Positions 43,273 through 52,047 are shown, counted from the first letter of the stretch. The stretch: DNA of 61,460 nt from an uncultured Clostridia bacterium (GCA_947631265.1 CANRKQ010000001.1:1-61460), one strand, 5' to 3'. Notes: generated by a model from the sequence alone, not told the origin. Numbers and translations: made by a program.

Positions 43273-44280
43273 CTACCCATTTATATTTTTGTAAATAACT
43301 TTTTTACCTATCAGGATTTTTGCTTTTTTAATTCCACTGCCCTTTAGTTTTTTCTTTAAGTCTTTTGCTACTTTCTTATTTTGCACATAAAACTTTATAT
43401 TCTTTGCATTATCAAATGTTCTGTCTTCGATTTTAGGCGCCTTCTTTTTATTTTTTAATATTATTTTTATTTTTCTTTTGCTCGCAAAAGAATATCCTGC
43501 TAATGAGTATCTTTCAAGTTTAGATACTTTTTTCCCCAAAGTAAGTTTTGTTATACAACCGTTACCAAAATCACTACAAATAACTTTTACGGTTTTACTA
43601 ACCTTAACATCAGAATTCCAGCCAACGACATCATATAATTTTTTCCCGTCTTTTGAAAGTATCTGATTGTTCTTTACTTTTAAATACTTATTATCCTTTG
43701 TAATTGTTAATCTTAAATTAGGCACATCTCCAAAACTACAATATTTAAGAGTTTTAGGCAGAGTTAATTTTCTTAATTTAGGGCAATTTTCAAGATATAA
43801 ATGTTTTAATTTAGAATCAGGAGCAATATTTATATTTTCTAAGTTCTGACAATCTAGGTTAAAGCTAAGAAAATTAAGCTTTGATCCGGAAGGAATATTT
43901 ATAGTTTTTAAAGTAAAATAGTAATGATCAGTACTAAGGTATTCATCTGCATAAGTAAACATTATTGTTTTAATATTTTTACTGACATTTATTGTTTCTA
44001 TAAATCCACCAAAATCATCGTTAGAATAACCCTCTATGTCAACACTTAAATCCGTTACAGGATATGTTATACCGTTATGTGTAACTGTTTCAGGAATGTT
44101 TAATTCCTTAATTTGTGGTGTTATCTCCTTAATAATTGCTTTTCCATTTAAAATGTCGTAGCAGAAGTCGCCTTCGCGAAAATATAATTCAGATGCAGAT
44201 ACATTTAAAGTTGGTACGCAAATAGTTGCCATGATTGTCAGTGTCGTTAATAGGCTGAATAATCTTTTTAGTTTTTTCAT
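43273..44280 (-). CDS. secreted leucine-rich-repeat (BspA-like) surface protein
   Basis: Signal peptide KKLKRLFSLLTTLTIMATICVPTLNVSASE, repeated LxxLxIPxxV-type LRR units and a lysine-rich C-terminus. Start set at Met3 for RBS spacing. Confidence 0.7.
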   Translation of the reverse strand: MKKLKRLFSLLTTLTIMATICVPTLNVSASELYFREGDFCYDILNGKAIIKEITPQIKELNIPETVTHNGITYPVTDLSVDIEGYSNDDFGGFIETINVSKNIKTIMFTYADEYLSTDHYYFTLKTINIPSGSKLNFLSFNLDCQNLENINIAPDSKLKHLYLENCPKLRKLTLPKTLKYCSFGDVPNLRLTITKDNKYLKVKNNQILSKDGKKLYDVVGWNSDVKVSKTVKVICSDFGNGCITKLTLGKKVSKLERYSLAGYSFASKRKIKIILKNKKKAPKIEDRTFDNAKNIKFYVQNKKVAKDLKKKLKGSGIKKAKILIGKKVIYKNING

Positions 44281-44321
44281 AGTCATTACCTTCTTTGTTA
44301 TGATAATTTTTCTTTCTTACT

Positions 44322-44355
44322 TATACTAGCGTTGTAAAACGCAAAAAGTCTCACT
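44322..44355 (-). promoter_or_regulatory. ECF-type promoter motif TGAGAC-N16-CGCT (copy upstream of the LRR gene)
   Basis: The minus strand reads AGTGAGACTTTTTGCGTTTTACAACGCTAGTATA, about 40 nt upstream of the LRR start. Confidence 0.55.
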
Positions 44356-44373
44356 TTTTTAACAATTCTTTTA

Positions 44374-44405
44374 GCTCTCGCCGGAAAATATTTTCCGGCG
44401 AGAGC
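44374..44405 (-). terminator. strong hairpin downstream of ptsI (no clean U-tract)
   Basis: gctctcgccggaaaa-ta-ttttccggcgagagc, a perfect inverted repeat. Confidence 0.5.
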
Positions 44406-44461
44406 GGTAAAGCGATTTTTGAAATTTATAAAAATGTGTGAATTAAAAGAGTAGCTCTTTA

Positions 44462-46120
44462 TTAAATGTGCAAATCGTATTGCAGTTGCGTTTTAGAAGT
44501 ATCTGTTTTTCTTATCATATCTCTCAGCGGTAAAATCATTGAAGGCGTGACTGAAAGCTCATCAACGCCGATTTTCAAAAAGGTTTCAGTCAGCTCCAAA
44601 TCTGCACCCAGCTCTCCGCAGATCCCTGCTCTTATGCCGTTTGCGTGAGCATTTTTAACGACCGTATTTATCATACGGAGAACAGCAAGATGATGTGGGT
44701 TGTAGAACCTGTCGGTTTTTGAATTTTGCCTGTCAATTGCCATTGTATATTGAGATAAATCGTTTGTACCTATGCTGAAAAAGTCAACCTCTTTGGCAAG
44801 CTTATCGGATATAAGAGCTGCTGCGGGAGTTTCTATCATAATTCCCTCCTCGATATTACGGTTGTAAGCTATACCTCGTTCATCAAGCTCTTTTTTTACC
44901 TCATTAGTGATTTTTTTTATTTCTAGAACTTCTTCTACAGATGTTATCATTGGATACATAATTGCAATTTGTCCGAAAGCGCTTGCTCTGTACAACGCTC
45001 TGAGCTGTGTTTTGAAAATCTCTTTATTTGTAAGGCATATTCTTATAGCGCGAAGTCCCATAGCAGGATTTTGTTCATCTTCAAGCTTGAAATAGCCTGC
45101 TTGTTTGTCGGCTCCAATATCAAGAGTTCTTATTACAACCCTTTTGCCCGAAAGAGATTCGGCGGCGGTTTTGTAAATTTCAAACTGCTCCTCCTCTGAG
45201 GGAAAGCTGTTTTTTTCAAGAAAGATAAACTCACTTCTGAAAAGACCGATTCCGTTTGCGTCGTTTTCAGTAACCGACGTTAATGCTTTTATATCTTCTA
45301 TATTTGCATAAAGCTTAATGCTTTTGCCGTCTATGGTGACGGTTTCTTTTCCCTTGAGCTCTAAGAGCAGTTTTCTTTTGTATAGCTCCTTCTCCTGCCT
45401 GTGCTGCATTTCCCTTACAAGCTCGCTGTCCGGATCAATATAAATCACACCGTTAAAGCCGTCAACTACTGCCATTCTTCCGTTTATCGACCGGTCAAGA
45501 GGAATATCCGGACAGATAACGGCAGGTATGCTCATTGTTCTTGAAAGAATTGCGGTATGAGAATTAGAGTTGCCGTGTAAAGTGACAAATGCCAGAACCA
45601 AATCCTTATCAAGCTGTACTGTTTCGCTTGGGGTAAGATCTTCTGCAACTATAATAGACGGCACTTTTGAGTCAGTAGGTTTGCTTTCGTCGTTGCATAA
45701 AATTCTTATCACACGCTCTGATATGTCCTTGACGTCGGCGGCTCGGGCTTTCATATAATCATCTTCCATAGAGGAAAACATCTCATAGAAATAATCTCTT
45801 GTTATAGCAACTGCAAACTCTGCGGTTACATTTTGATTTGTAATAATACCCTCTACAGAATTAGTAAAATCAATATCATTAAGCATAATCTGATGAATCT
45901 GAAGTATTGCAGCGCTTTGTTCGCCTGCCTCTTTAAGTGCTTTTTCATATAGTTCCTGAAGAGCCTCAACAGCTTTGCTGCGTGCGTCGTTGAATCTTGC
46001 TATTTCTTCTTTTGGATCGTCAGCTTTTATATTCTTAATTTCCTGCCGTCCCTTTTGAAACAAACGTATTCTTCCTACTGCAATGCCTCCGAATACACTT
46101 TTGCCGAAATACTTATCCAT
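44462..46120 (-). CDS. ptsI: phosphoenolpyruvate-protein phosphotransferase (PTS enzyme I)
   Basis: Phospho-His region HGNSNSHTAILSR and a PEP-utilising TIM-barrel C-terminus (GTNDLSQY). Start at Met4 for RBS spacing. Confidence 0.9.
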   Translation of the reverse strand: MDKYFGKSVFGGIAVGRIRLFQKGRQEIKNIKADDPKEEIARFNDARSKAVEALQELYEKALKEAGEQSAAILQIHQIMLNDIDFTNSVEGIITNQNVTAEFAVAITRDYFYEMFSSMEDDYMKARAADVKDISERVIRILCNDESKPTDSKVPSIIVAEDLTPSETVQLDKDLVLAFVTLHGNSNSHTAILSRTMSIPAVICPDIPLDRSINGRMAVVDGFNGVIYIDPDSELVREMQHRQEKELYKRKLLLELKGKETVTIDGKSIKLYANIEDIKALTSVTENDANGIGLFRSEFIFLEKNSFPSEEEQFEIYKTAAESLSGKRVVIRTLDIGADKQAGYFKLEDEQNPAMGLRAIRICLTNKEIFKTQLRALYRASAFGQIAIMYPMITSVEEVLEIKKITNEVKKELDERGIAYNRNIEEGIMIETPAAALISDKLAKEVDFFSIGTNDLSQYTMAIDRQNSKTDRFYNPHHLAVLRMINTVVKNAHANGIRAGICGELGADLELTETFLKIGVDELSVTPSMILPLRDMIRKTDTSKTQLQYDLHI

Positions 46121-46835
46121 TTTTTTCATCCCTTTAAATATATGATAAGCTGTAATAATTTTATCGAATATTAAAATAACCAGTTCGGCTTTAAAATTAC
46201 ACCTTTTTTACAGGTAAAGTATAATGGCAAAATAAAGCAGAATTGGTCTAATAACTAAACTCATTTAATTATATTTTTAAAAGGCAGATAACAATTTTAT
46301 ACATTAATTTTATCTTATAATCGCAAATGAGTTTTGTCAATAGAATATCAATATTTTTGGTGTTTTTAACAAATATTTATAATCAGTATAGACAAATGTT
46401 ACAACTAAAACTGAATATTGAACAATTTATTCTATTAATATCTTATTCTTTTAGCTTTAATATTGTTTTGCACATTATATCAAAAAATATAAGTTATTTT
46501 GCAATAAGCAAGAAAATATAACCTGTTTAGACATATTAAATACTTTACAGATTTTTCACAGAACATATTAATATAAAATGTATAATAAAAATTAAGAAAA
46601 ATGTAAGCAGTCTGAGAATTCTGTTGTTTTTTAAAACAAACAATATTGTTTGGATTATTAAATCAACAAAAAACCTCAGCGTATAAATTTGTTAAATGGT
46701 ATTATTGCATATAACGTCTGACGCAGCGGTATAACGTTCAGTAATGGGTATAGGTTGATTAAAGGATATTAGGATTTATATGTCTTTGATTGCGTAATAC
46801 AAGGTTATGGTTTTTATGTAAGGAGATTCTGAGAT

Positions 46836-47507
46836 ATGAATATAAAAATTTTAGTTGCTGATGATGAGAAAGTAATGCGCGAGCTTATTTGCGATATATT
46901 ACAGAATCAGGGGTATGAAACAGTAGTCGCATGCGACGGAGAAGAGGCTATAAACCTTTTTAAACAGGAAGAAGTAGACCTGATTGTGCTGGATGTTATG
47001 ATGCCTAAGTATGACGGTTGGACTGTTCTTAAAAAAATAAGGGAATATTCTGATGTACCCATAATAATTCTTACTGCTTTAGAGTCGGAGCGCAACGAAA
47101 TACACGGGCTGACAAGCGGAGCAGATGATTATATTATCAAGCCCTTCAGCTATGAGGTTTTTGTTGCGAGAGTTAATGTTCTTTTAAAAAAGCAAATACG
47201 AAAGAAAAGTCAGGTTTTGAACTACAAAAACCTACAGATTGATCAACTGAGCTGTAAGGTTTTTGTATGCGAAAAAGAAATTCAACTTACTAATTTGGAA
47301 TATAAGCTGCTTTTGTATCTGGTTGAAAATGAAAACATCGTGACAAGCAGAGAGCAGATATTTTTATCGGTTTGGGGTTATGACAACAGTCAGACTACAA
47401 GGACAATTGACACGCACATAAAAGTTTTGAGGGCAAAGCTGGGTGTATGCGGAGACTATATAAAAACAGTAAGGGGTATAGGATATAGTTTCAGCAAAGA
47501 GGAATAG
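46836..47507 (+). CDS. OmpR-family response regulator
   Basis: Receiver domain (DD...D54 context LIVLDVMMP) plus a winged-helix C-terminus (TVRGIGY). Confidence 0.9.
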   Translation: MNIKILVADDEKVMRELICDILQNQGYETVVACDGEEAINLFKQEEVDLIVLDVMMPKYDGWTVLKKIREYSDVPIIILTALESERNEIHGLTSGADDYIIKPFSYEVFVARVNVLLKKQIRKKSQVLNYKNLQIDQLSCKVFVCEKEIQLTNLEYKLLLYLVENENIVTSREQIFLSVWGYDNSQTTRTIDTHIKVLRAKLGVCGDYIKTVRGIGYSFSKEE

Positions 47508-47544
47508 ATCTTAATGCAAGTTTAGCTTGCGATTAAAAAATTTA

Positions 47545-47579
47545 AGGAGGATTGCTCATAAAAGAGCAGAGTTTCATCT
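47545..47579 (+). promoter_or_regulatory. conserved SD-hairpin-start leader (copy 2): AGGAGGA-T-TGCTC-ataaaa-GAGCA-N11-ATG
   Basis: Read directly from the sequence. See copies at 18129 and 54110. Confidence 0.55.
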
Positions 47580-49007
47580 ATGTCAATTAAAAAGAAGTTA
47601 TTTGTTATTTACGGTTTACTGATGGTGGGTTTTATTTTTTTGCAGGTTGTTGTTGATATATTTTTTGCAAGCAGGTTTTTTTTATATGAAAGTAAAAAGC
47701 AGATGAGTGAAATTTGCAGCAGCGTAAAAGAGGAATTTCCGGAGTTTGAAAAAACTGATTTAAGTGCTTTTGATGAATACCTCAAAAATATGGACGAGCG
47801 CAGGAATGTAAAAATATTAATTGTAGACAAATCTGATAAAGTTCTTTTCAGGAATCAATTATTAGACATTGATGTTAAACAAAAAAACAAGCTGTCAAAA
47901 AGGTGGAGTGAATTTTTTCACAGTAATATTGATGAACTCAATGACAACAAACAGCATTATGAAGTATTTAAAAATAGAGATGATGCACTCCGCAGGGTCG
48001 TGCTTATGTCAAAGCTTAACGATAATTACTATTTAATTCTCTCACGTTCTCTCAGAAGTATTGAGGACAATGTTCGCATATCGAACAAGCTCATTATAAT
48101 TATCGGGTTGGTTATGTTTGTCATAGGAACAGTTCTTGTATTTATCATAGCTAAAAGAATGTCAAGCTCGGTTATAAAGATTAACTCTGCGGCAAAAAGT
48201 ATAGCGAATCTTGATTTCACCCAAAAGGTTCAGATAAAGGAAAAGGGTGAGATAGGCGAGCTTGCTGATTCTATAAACATAATATCTGACAAGCTGAATG
48301 ACAGTATAAACAGTCTGAAGGACGAGGTCGTTAGCAGAGAGCAGTTAATTCGAGATATGTCGCATGAGCTTAAGACTCCGATTGCGGCTGTTAAAGGTTA
48401 CGCAGAAGGTTTGAAGTACGGTGTAGCAAGCGGTAAAGAGAAAGCAGAAAAGTATTATGATGTAATAATCAGCCAGTGCGATGTAATGGACAACTTAGTC
48501 AAGTCAATGCTCACCTTATCAAAAATGGATAATATAAAAGGCAGTATTGAAAAAAATACATTTCTGATTTCTGATTTTAATGATATAATCAAGCAAAGCT
48601 TTGAGATAAAGCTTATGGAGAAAAAGATAAACTTTATAACAAATGATTATGAGGACAAAGAGATCAGCGCAAATTTTATGCTTTTGCAGCAGGCAGTTTC
48701 AAACTATGTGGATAACGCCGTAAGATACGCTGACGAGGGCGGAACAGTCGAACTTAATTATATCTGGGAGAATAACGGTATCAAGATTACTGTATTCAAC
48801 ACCGGCGAAACAATCGATGAATCAGAGCTTGAGCATTTGTGGAATGTATTTTATAAGGTTGACAAGTCGCGCACGCAAAACGGAACTGCTAATTACGGTG
48901 TAGGACTTGCAATAGTAAAGAAAATTGCTGATATCCACAAGGGAAATGTATGGGTTAAAAATTGCAAAAACGGTGTAATGTTCGGTATATTTATTCCCCA
49001 GCCATGA
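47580..49007 (+). CDS. sensor histidine kinase (two TM, HAMP, HisKA, HATPase_c)
   Basis: H-box MSHELKTPIAA, plus N, G1 and G2 boxes (NAVRY, GVGLAIV). Confidence 0.9.
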   Translation: MSIKKKLFVIYGLLMVGFIFLQVVVDIFFASRFFLYESKKQMSEICSSVKEEFPEFEKTDLSAFDEYLKNMDERRNVKILIVDKSDKVLFRNQLLDIDVKQKNKLSKRWSEFFHSNIDELNDNKQHYEVFKNRDDALRRVVLMSKLNDNYYLILSRSLRSIEDNVRISNKLIIIIGLVMFVIGTVLVFIIAKRMSSSVIKINSAAKSIANLDFTQKVQIKEKGEIGELADSINIISDKLNDSINSLKDEVVSREQLIRDMSHELKTPIAAVKGYAEGLKYGVASGKEKAEKYYDVIISQCDVMDNLVKSMLTLSKMDNIKGSIEKNTFLISDFNDIIKQSFEIKLMEKKINFITNDYEDKEISANFMLLQQAVSNYVDNAVRYADEGGTVELNYIWENNGIKITVFNTGETIDESELEHLWNVFYKVDKSRTQNGTANYGVGLAIVKKIADIHKGNVWVKNCKNGVMFGIFIPQP

Positions 49008-49049
49008 AAGTATAAATAGTAAAAAGCTTTTATAATTTTAGGCAATAAG

Positions 49050-49085
49050 AAAACGCCCGAGAATCTGCTCGGGCGTTTTACTTTT
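49050..49085. terminator. bidirectional terminator between the kinase and the GH5 gene
   Basis: aaaacgcccgag-aatctg-ctcgggcgtttt. Confidence 0.8.
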
Positions 49086-49113
49086 AAAACATAATAAGGG
49101 TTAGTTAAAAGTC

Positions 49114-50817
49114 TTATTTTACTTTAACTTTCCTGATTTTTTTATTCCAACCGCTGTATATACTTTGAGGCTTACCGTTTTTATCTTTATATGTTGCATA
49201 GGCTCTTACTCTTACATAATAGACTTTTTTGCTTTTGATTTTTTTACTGATTGTTAGTTTTTTCTTTGAAGTAAGCCTTTTAAAAATAATATTCTTTTTC
49301 TTGAATTTCTGTGATTTTGAAACCTGAACTTCATAGCCATTAGCCTTTTTAACCTTTTTCCAAGAAACCGATATCTTTTGCTTAGTATTGCTTTTTACAT
49401 TAAGACTTTTGATTTTAGCCTGTTTCATAGCTTTTTTAGCGGCTTGCTTTTCTTTCTTAACAACACTTGCACTTCTTGTTGAGGCAGCTTTTGTAACAGC
49501 GGTTTTCTTTTGCAAGGTAGAAGTCTGTTTGGAAGGTGCAGTCGTAGAATTAGTAGTTTTTGAATGATTTACATCAGAAGAATTAGTGGTCGGCTCGGTG
49601 GTAGGTTCTGTAGTGGGCTCGGTAGTCGGCTCGGTAGTAGGCTCGGTAGTAGGCTCAGTAGTGGGTTCGGTAGTAGGCGGCTCATAAAGATTTCCCTGTT
49701 GGATTGCAGTCAAAATTTCGGGATTTCTCCACTTATATGTATTTCTGTCAATCTGTCCGCCGTTATCCCAAAGGAAAGTTGCAATATTGTCTTCATGACA
49801 AAGTCCGTTGAGCATCATGATAAATGATACACAACTCTTTAAGTCACTTCCGCTGGCAGCATACTCGCCTATAATTACAGGTATGCCTTTGTTGACAAAA
49901 GTGGTATTCAGGCTCGCTATTAGTGTAACCATTTGGCTTATATCATTTGACGTACCCCAGGTTGCTTGTTGACCTGTTATACAGAACTGATAGGGAGTAT
50001 AATAATGAACTGAAAGAATACATCTGTTTTCGGGGTCGTCTGGCATTTTAAAGTATGACGAACAGGTGTTTTGTATATCTGTCCAGTATCCTGCAATAAG
50101 AAGGTGACGCTTGTTATTATTACCTCCCGACGCGCGAATGAGATTTACAAATTCCTGATTGATTTTGTTGAACAGTTCATATGCATCCGTTTTGTTCATG
50201 CTGTCAAATCCGACTTCATTCATTGATTCAAAAATCAGATAATCCGAATAGTTTTTAAATCTCTCGGCTATTTGTGACCATAATGCCTTGTACTTTTGAA
50301 TAAAAGCGTCATAGTTGGTGCTTGCAGTAGATATTACCCAAGCGCCGAAATTAGGATCTCCGCCTCCGTCGTGATGAATATTGATAATTGCATACAGACC
50401 AGCATTTCGTGCATAGTCTACTACTTCCTGAACCCTGTCCATCCATTCTTCATCAACCTTGTAGTCGGGAGCGTCTCCCATGTGATCGCGCCATGTTACA
50501 GGAATTCTCACCGACTTTATTCCGTCGGCTTTAAGCTGATTAAAAAGCTCTTGTGTTGCCTTTGGATTCCCCCACAAGGTTTCGTCAACTTTGTTAGAAT
50601 TCTCGTCAATTTTACCGTCTCCGTTTCGATCGGCGTTGCATACGTCAAGCGTATCGCCTAAGTTCCAGCCAAATCCCATATCCTTGACAAGCTCAGCTGA
50701 GGTAAGATCGCGAAACGCACCATCATCAGCAGCGTTTGAAACAGCAGTATACGGCAAAACTGCCGCTGCTGATACAAAAGATGCTAAAATGACAGCAATA
50801 AGTTTTTTACTTTTCAT
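49114..50817 (-). CDS. secreted glycoside hydrolase family 5 endoglucanase with (PTTE)n linker and lysine-rich C-terminal module
   Basis: Signal peptide, GH5 motifs (RIPVTW, FESMNEV acid/base, IGEYA nucleophile), a PTTEx7 linker and a basic beta-rich tail. Confidence 0.8.
   Translation of the reverse strand: MKSKKLIAVILASFVSAAAVLPYTAVSNAADDGAFRDLTSAELVKDMGFGWNLGDTLDVCNADRNGDGKIDENSNKVDETLWGNPKATQELFNQLKADGIKSVRIPVTWRDHMGDAPDYKVDEEWMDRVQEVVDYARNAGLYAIINIHHDGGGDPNFGAWVISTASTNYDAFIQKYKALWSQIAERFKNYSDYLIFESMNEVGFDSMNKTDAYELFNKINQEFVNLIRASGGNNNKRHLLIAGYWTDIQNTCSSYFKMPDDPENRCILSVHYYTPYQFCITGQQATWGTSNDISQMVTLIASLNTTFVNKGIPVIIGEYAASGSDLKSCVSFIMMLNGLCHEDNIATFLWDNGGQIDRNTYKWRNPEILTAIQQGNLYEPPTTEPTTEPTTEPTTEPTTEPTTEPTTEPTTNSSDVNHSKTTNSTTAPSKQTSTLQKKTAVTKAASTRSASVVKKEKQAAKKAMKQAKIKSLNVKSNTKQKISVSWKKVKKANGYEVQVSKSQKFKKKNIIFKRLTSKKKLTISKKIKSKKVYYVRVRAYATYKDKNGKPQSIYSGWNKKIRKVKVK
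49582..49677 (-). repeat. 12-nt tandem repeat x8 encoding (PTTE)7-PTTN
   Basis: Read directly from the sequence: ggctcggtagta-type units. Confidence 0.9.
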
Positions 50818-51155
50818 AATAATATTCCTCCGTTTTTTATTAGAATTTGAACCTTTAATTTAGGGATGAAGGTACAAATTCAATTCCTAATAGGAATTTT
50901 CGTATTATCCGTATATATCCTACCAGATTATTATAACATTATTATTATATTGTTTATATAATTTTTGTTGTATTTGTGTAAATATTATTGTATAATATAT
51001 TAAATATTAAGGATTTATTATTTTACTGCGCAAGAAAGTGCAGCTAACCGTCTAAGATTAGAATTGTAGCTAGCATTTTTTCAACAGATTGTATTATAAG
51101 CTTAAAAGATAAATGTTAAAACATTATCTATAAATTTTACAAAGGAGGACTTTTT

Positions 51156-51314
51156 ATGAAAAAGTATGTATGTCAGGTATGCGGATACGTTTACGACGAA
51201 GAAAAGGGCGATCCTGATAACGGAATTGCACCAGGTACAAAGTGGGAGGACCTTCCTGATGACTTTGAGTGTCCGTTATGTCATGTGAGCAAGGATCAAT
51301 TCAGCGAGGAATAG
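51156..51314 (+). CDS. rubredoxin
   Basis: Own translation gives [52 protein letters not shown] (CxxCG...CPxC). AGGAGG RBS. 52 aa, so absent from the ORF track. Confidence 0.9.
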   Translation: MKKYVCQVCGYVYDEEKGDPDNGIAPGTKWEDLPDDFECPLCHVSKDQFSEE

Positions 51315-51338
51315 GAAAACTCTATATCCAAGCAGGAA

Positions 51339-51375
51339 AGCAGAGAATGATTAATCATTCTCTGCTTTAGTTTTT
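51339..51375 (+). terminator. terminator after rubredoxin
   Basis: aagcagagaatga-ttaa-tcattctctgctt followed by tagttttt. Confidence 0.8.
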
Positions 51376-51378
51376 GTA

Positions 51379-51403
51379 GAAAATTGCCCTCTCGGGTTCA
51401 ATT
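51379..51403. repeat. 25-nt direct repeat A, copy 1 (gaaaattgccctctcgggttcaatt)
   Basis: Identical to 51799-51823. Contains a T-arm-like gggttcaatt. Confidence 0.8.
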
Positions 51404-51532
51404 TTTCTAAAGCACAAATCAGTATCACCCAAAGGATTATCTTTAAGTGTTATATTTATAAAGAAAAACGCGAGAAATAAAAAATAACCTTTCGCAAATT
51501 TAAAACGCGGTTTGGATGCAACGTCACGTTGC

Positions 51533-51553
51533 TGGTGACCCGTACGGTGAATT
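51533..51553 (-). repeat. duplicated tRNA-Glu 3' end fragment (copy 3, with 1-nt indel)
   Basis: tggtgacccgtacgg is identical to the 3' end of the intact tRNA-Glu at 51870. Confidence 0.75.
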
Positions 51554-51692
51554 AAGACGAAAGCCGCGCTCCGCTTTCGTTTTCGTCAGAGAATGCATAT
51601 ACTAAGAAAAAAAGTAAAGGTTTGATTGCATTCTCTCAATTTCTCCTGCGCCATCAAAAAAACAGTATCACCAAAAGGTGATACCGTTTTTT

Positions 51693-51713
51693 TGGTGACC
51701 CGTACGGGAATTG
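51693..51713 (-). repeat. duplicated tRNA-Glu 3' end fragment (copy 2, 21/21 nt)
   Basis: tggtgacccgtacgggaattg is identical to 51870-51890. It is preceded by its own hairpin, gtatcacc-aaaa-ggtgatac. Confidence 0.8.
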
Positions 51714-51798
51714 CCGCCTGTTTTGCAGGCTAAAGGCTTGCTCCTAAAGTCGCTGCGCCCAATTTTCTAAAAACTTGCCACCGGCAACTTTTCTTAAC

Positions 51799-51823
51799 GA
51801 AAATTGCCCTCTCGGGTTCAATT
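51799..51823. repeat. 25-nt direct repeat A, copy 2
   Basis: Identical to 51379-51403. Confidence 0.8.
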
Positions 51824-51832
51824 CCCTAAATC

Positions 51833-51869
51833 AAAAAGCAGTCCGAACATAAATGTCCGAACTGCTTTT
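51833..51869. terminator. hairpin terminator immediately 3' of tRNA-Glu
   Basis: agcagtccgaaca-taaa-tgtccgaactgct (11 of 13 pairs), flanked by A and T runs. Confidence 0.6.
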
Positions 51870-51944
51870 TGGTGACCCGTACGGGAATTGAACCCATGAT
51901 TCCGCCGTGAAAGGGCGGCGTCTTAACCTCTTGACCAACGGGCC
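51870..51944 (-). tRNA. tRNA-Glu (anticodon UUC), CCA encoded
   Basis: Manual cloverleaf: GGCCCGT/ACGGGTC acceptor stem, anticodon loop CTTTCAC, T-arm ACGGG-TTCAATT-CCCGT, then ACCA. Confidence 0.9.
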
Positions 51945-51947
51945 GTA

Positions 51948-52024
51948 TGGTGGCTGTAACTGGATTTGAACCAGTGACACTCCGGGTATGAACCGAATGC
52001 TCTAGCCAACTGAGCTATACAGCC
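51948..52024 (-). tRNA. tRNA with CAU anticodon (elongator Met type; Ile2/lysidine not excluded), CCA encoded
   Basis: Manual cloverleaf: GGCTGTA/TACAGCC acceptor stem, anticodon loop TTCATAC, T-arm ACTGG-TTCAAAT-CCAGT. Confidence 0.8.
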
Positions 52025-52047
52025 TACTGCTAAACAGCGACTAACTT

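Noticed and set aside
46327-46521. 64-aa ORF in the ptsI/response-regulator spacer.
   Set aside because: There is no Shine-Dalgarno sequence, and the translation is AT-driven (I/L/F/N/S rich). It is probably non-coding.
51693-51790. A possible second tRNA or pseudo-tRNA behind the 21-nt tRNA-Glu end copy.
   Set aside because: The upstream sequence cannot form a T-stem, anticodon arm or acceptor 5' strand. Only the last 21 nt are tRNA-derived.
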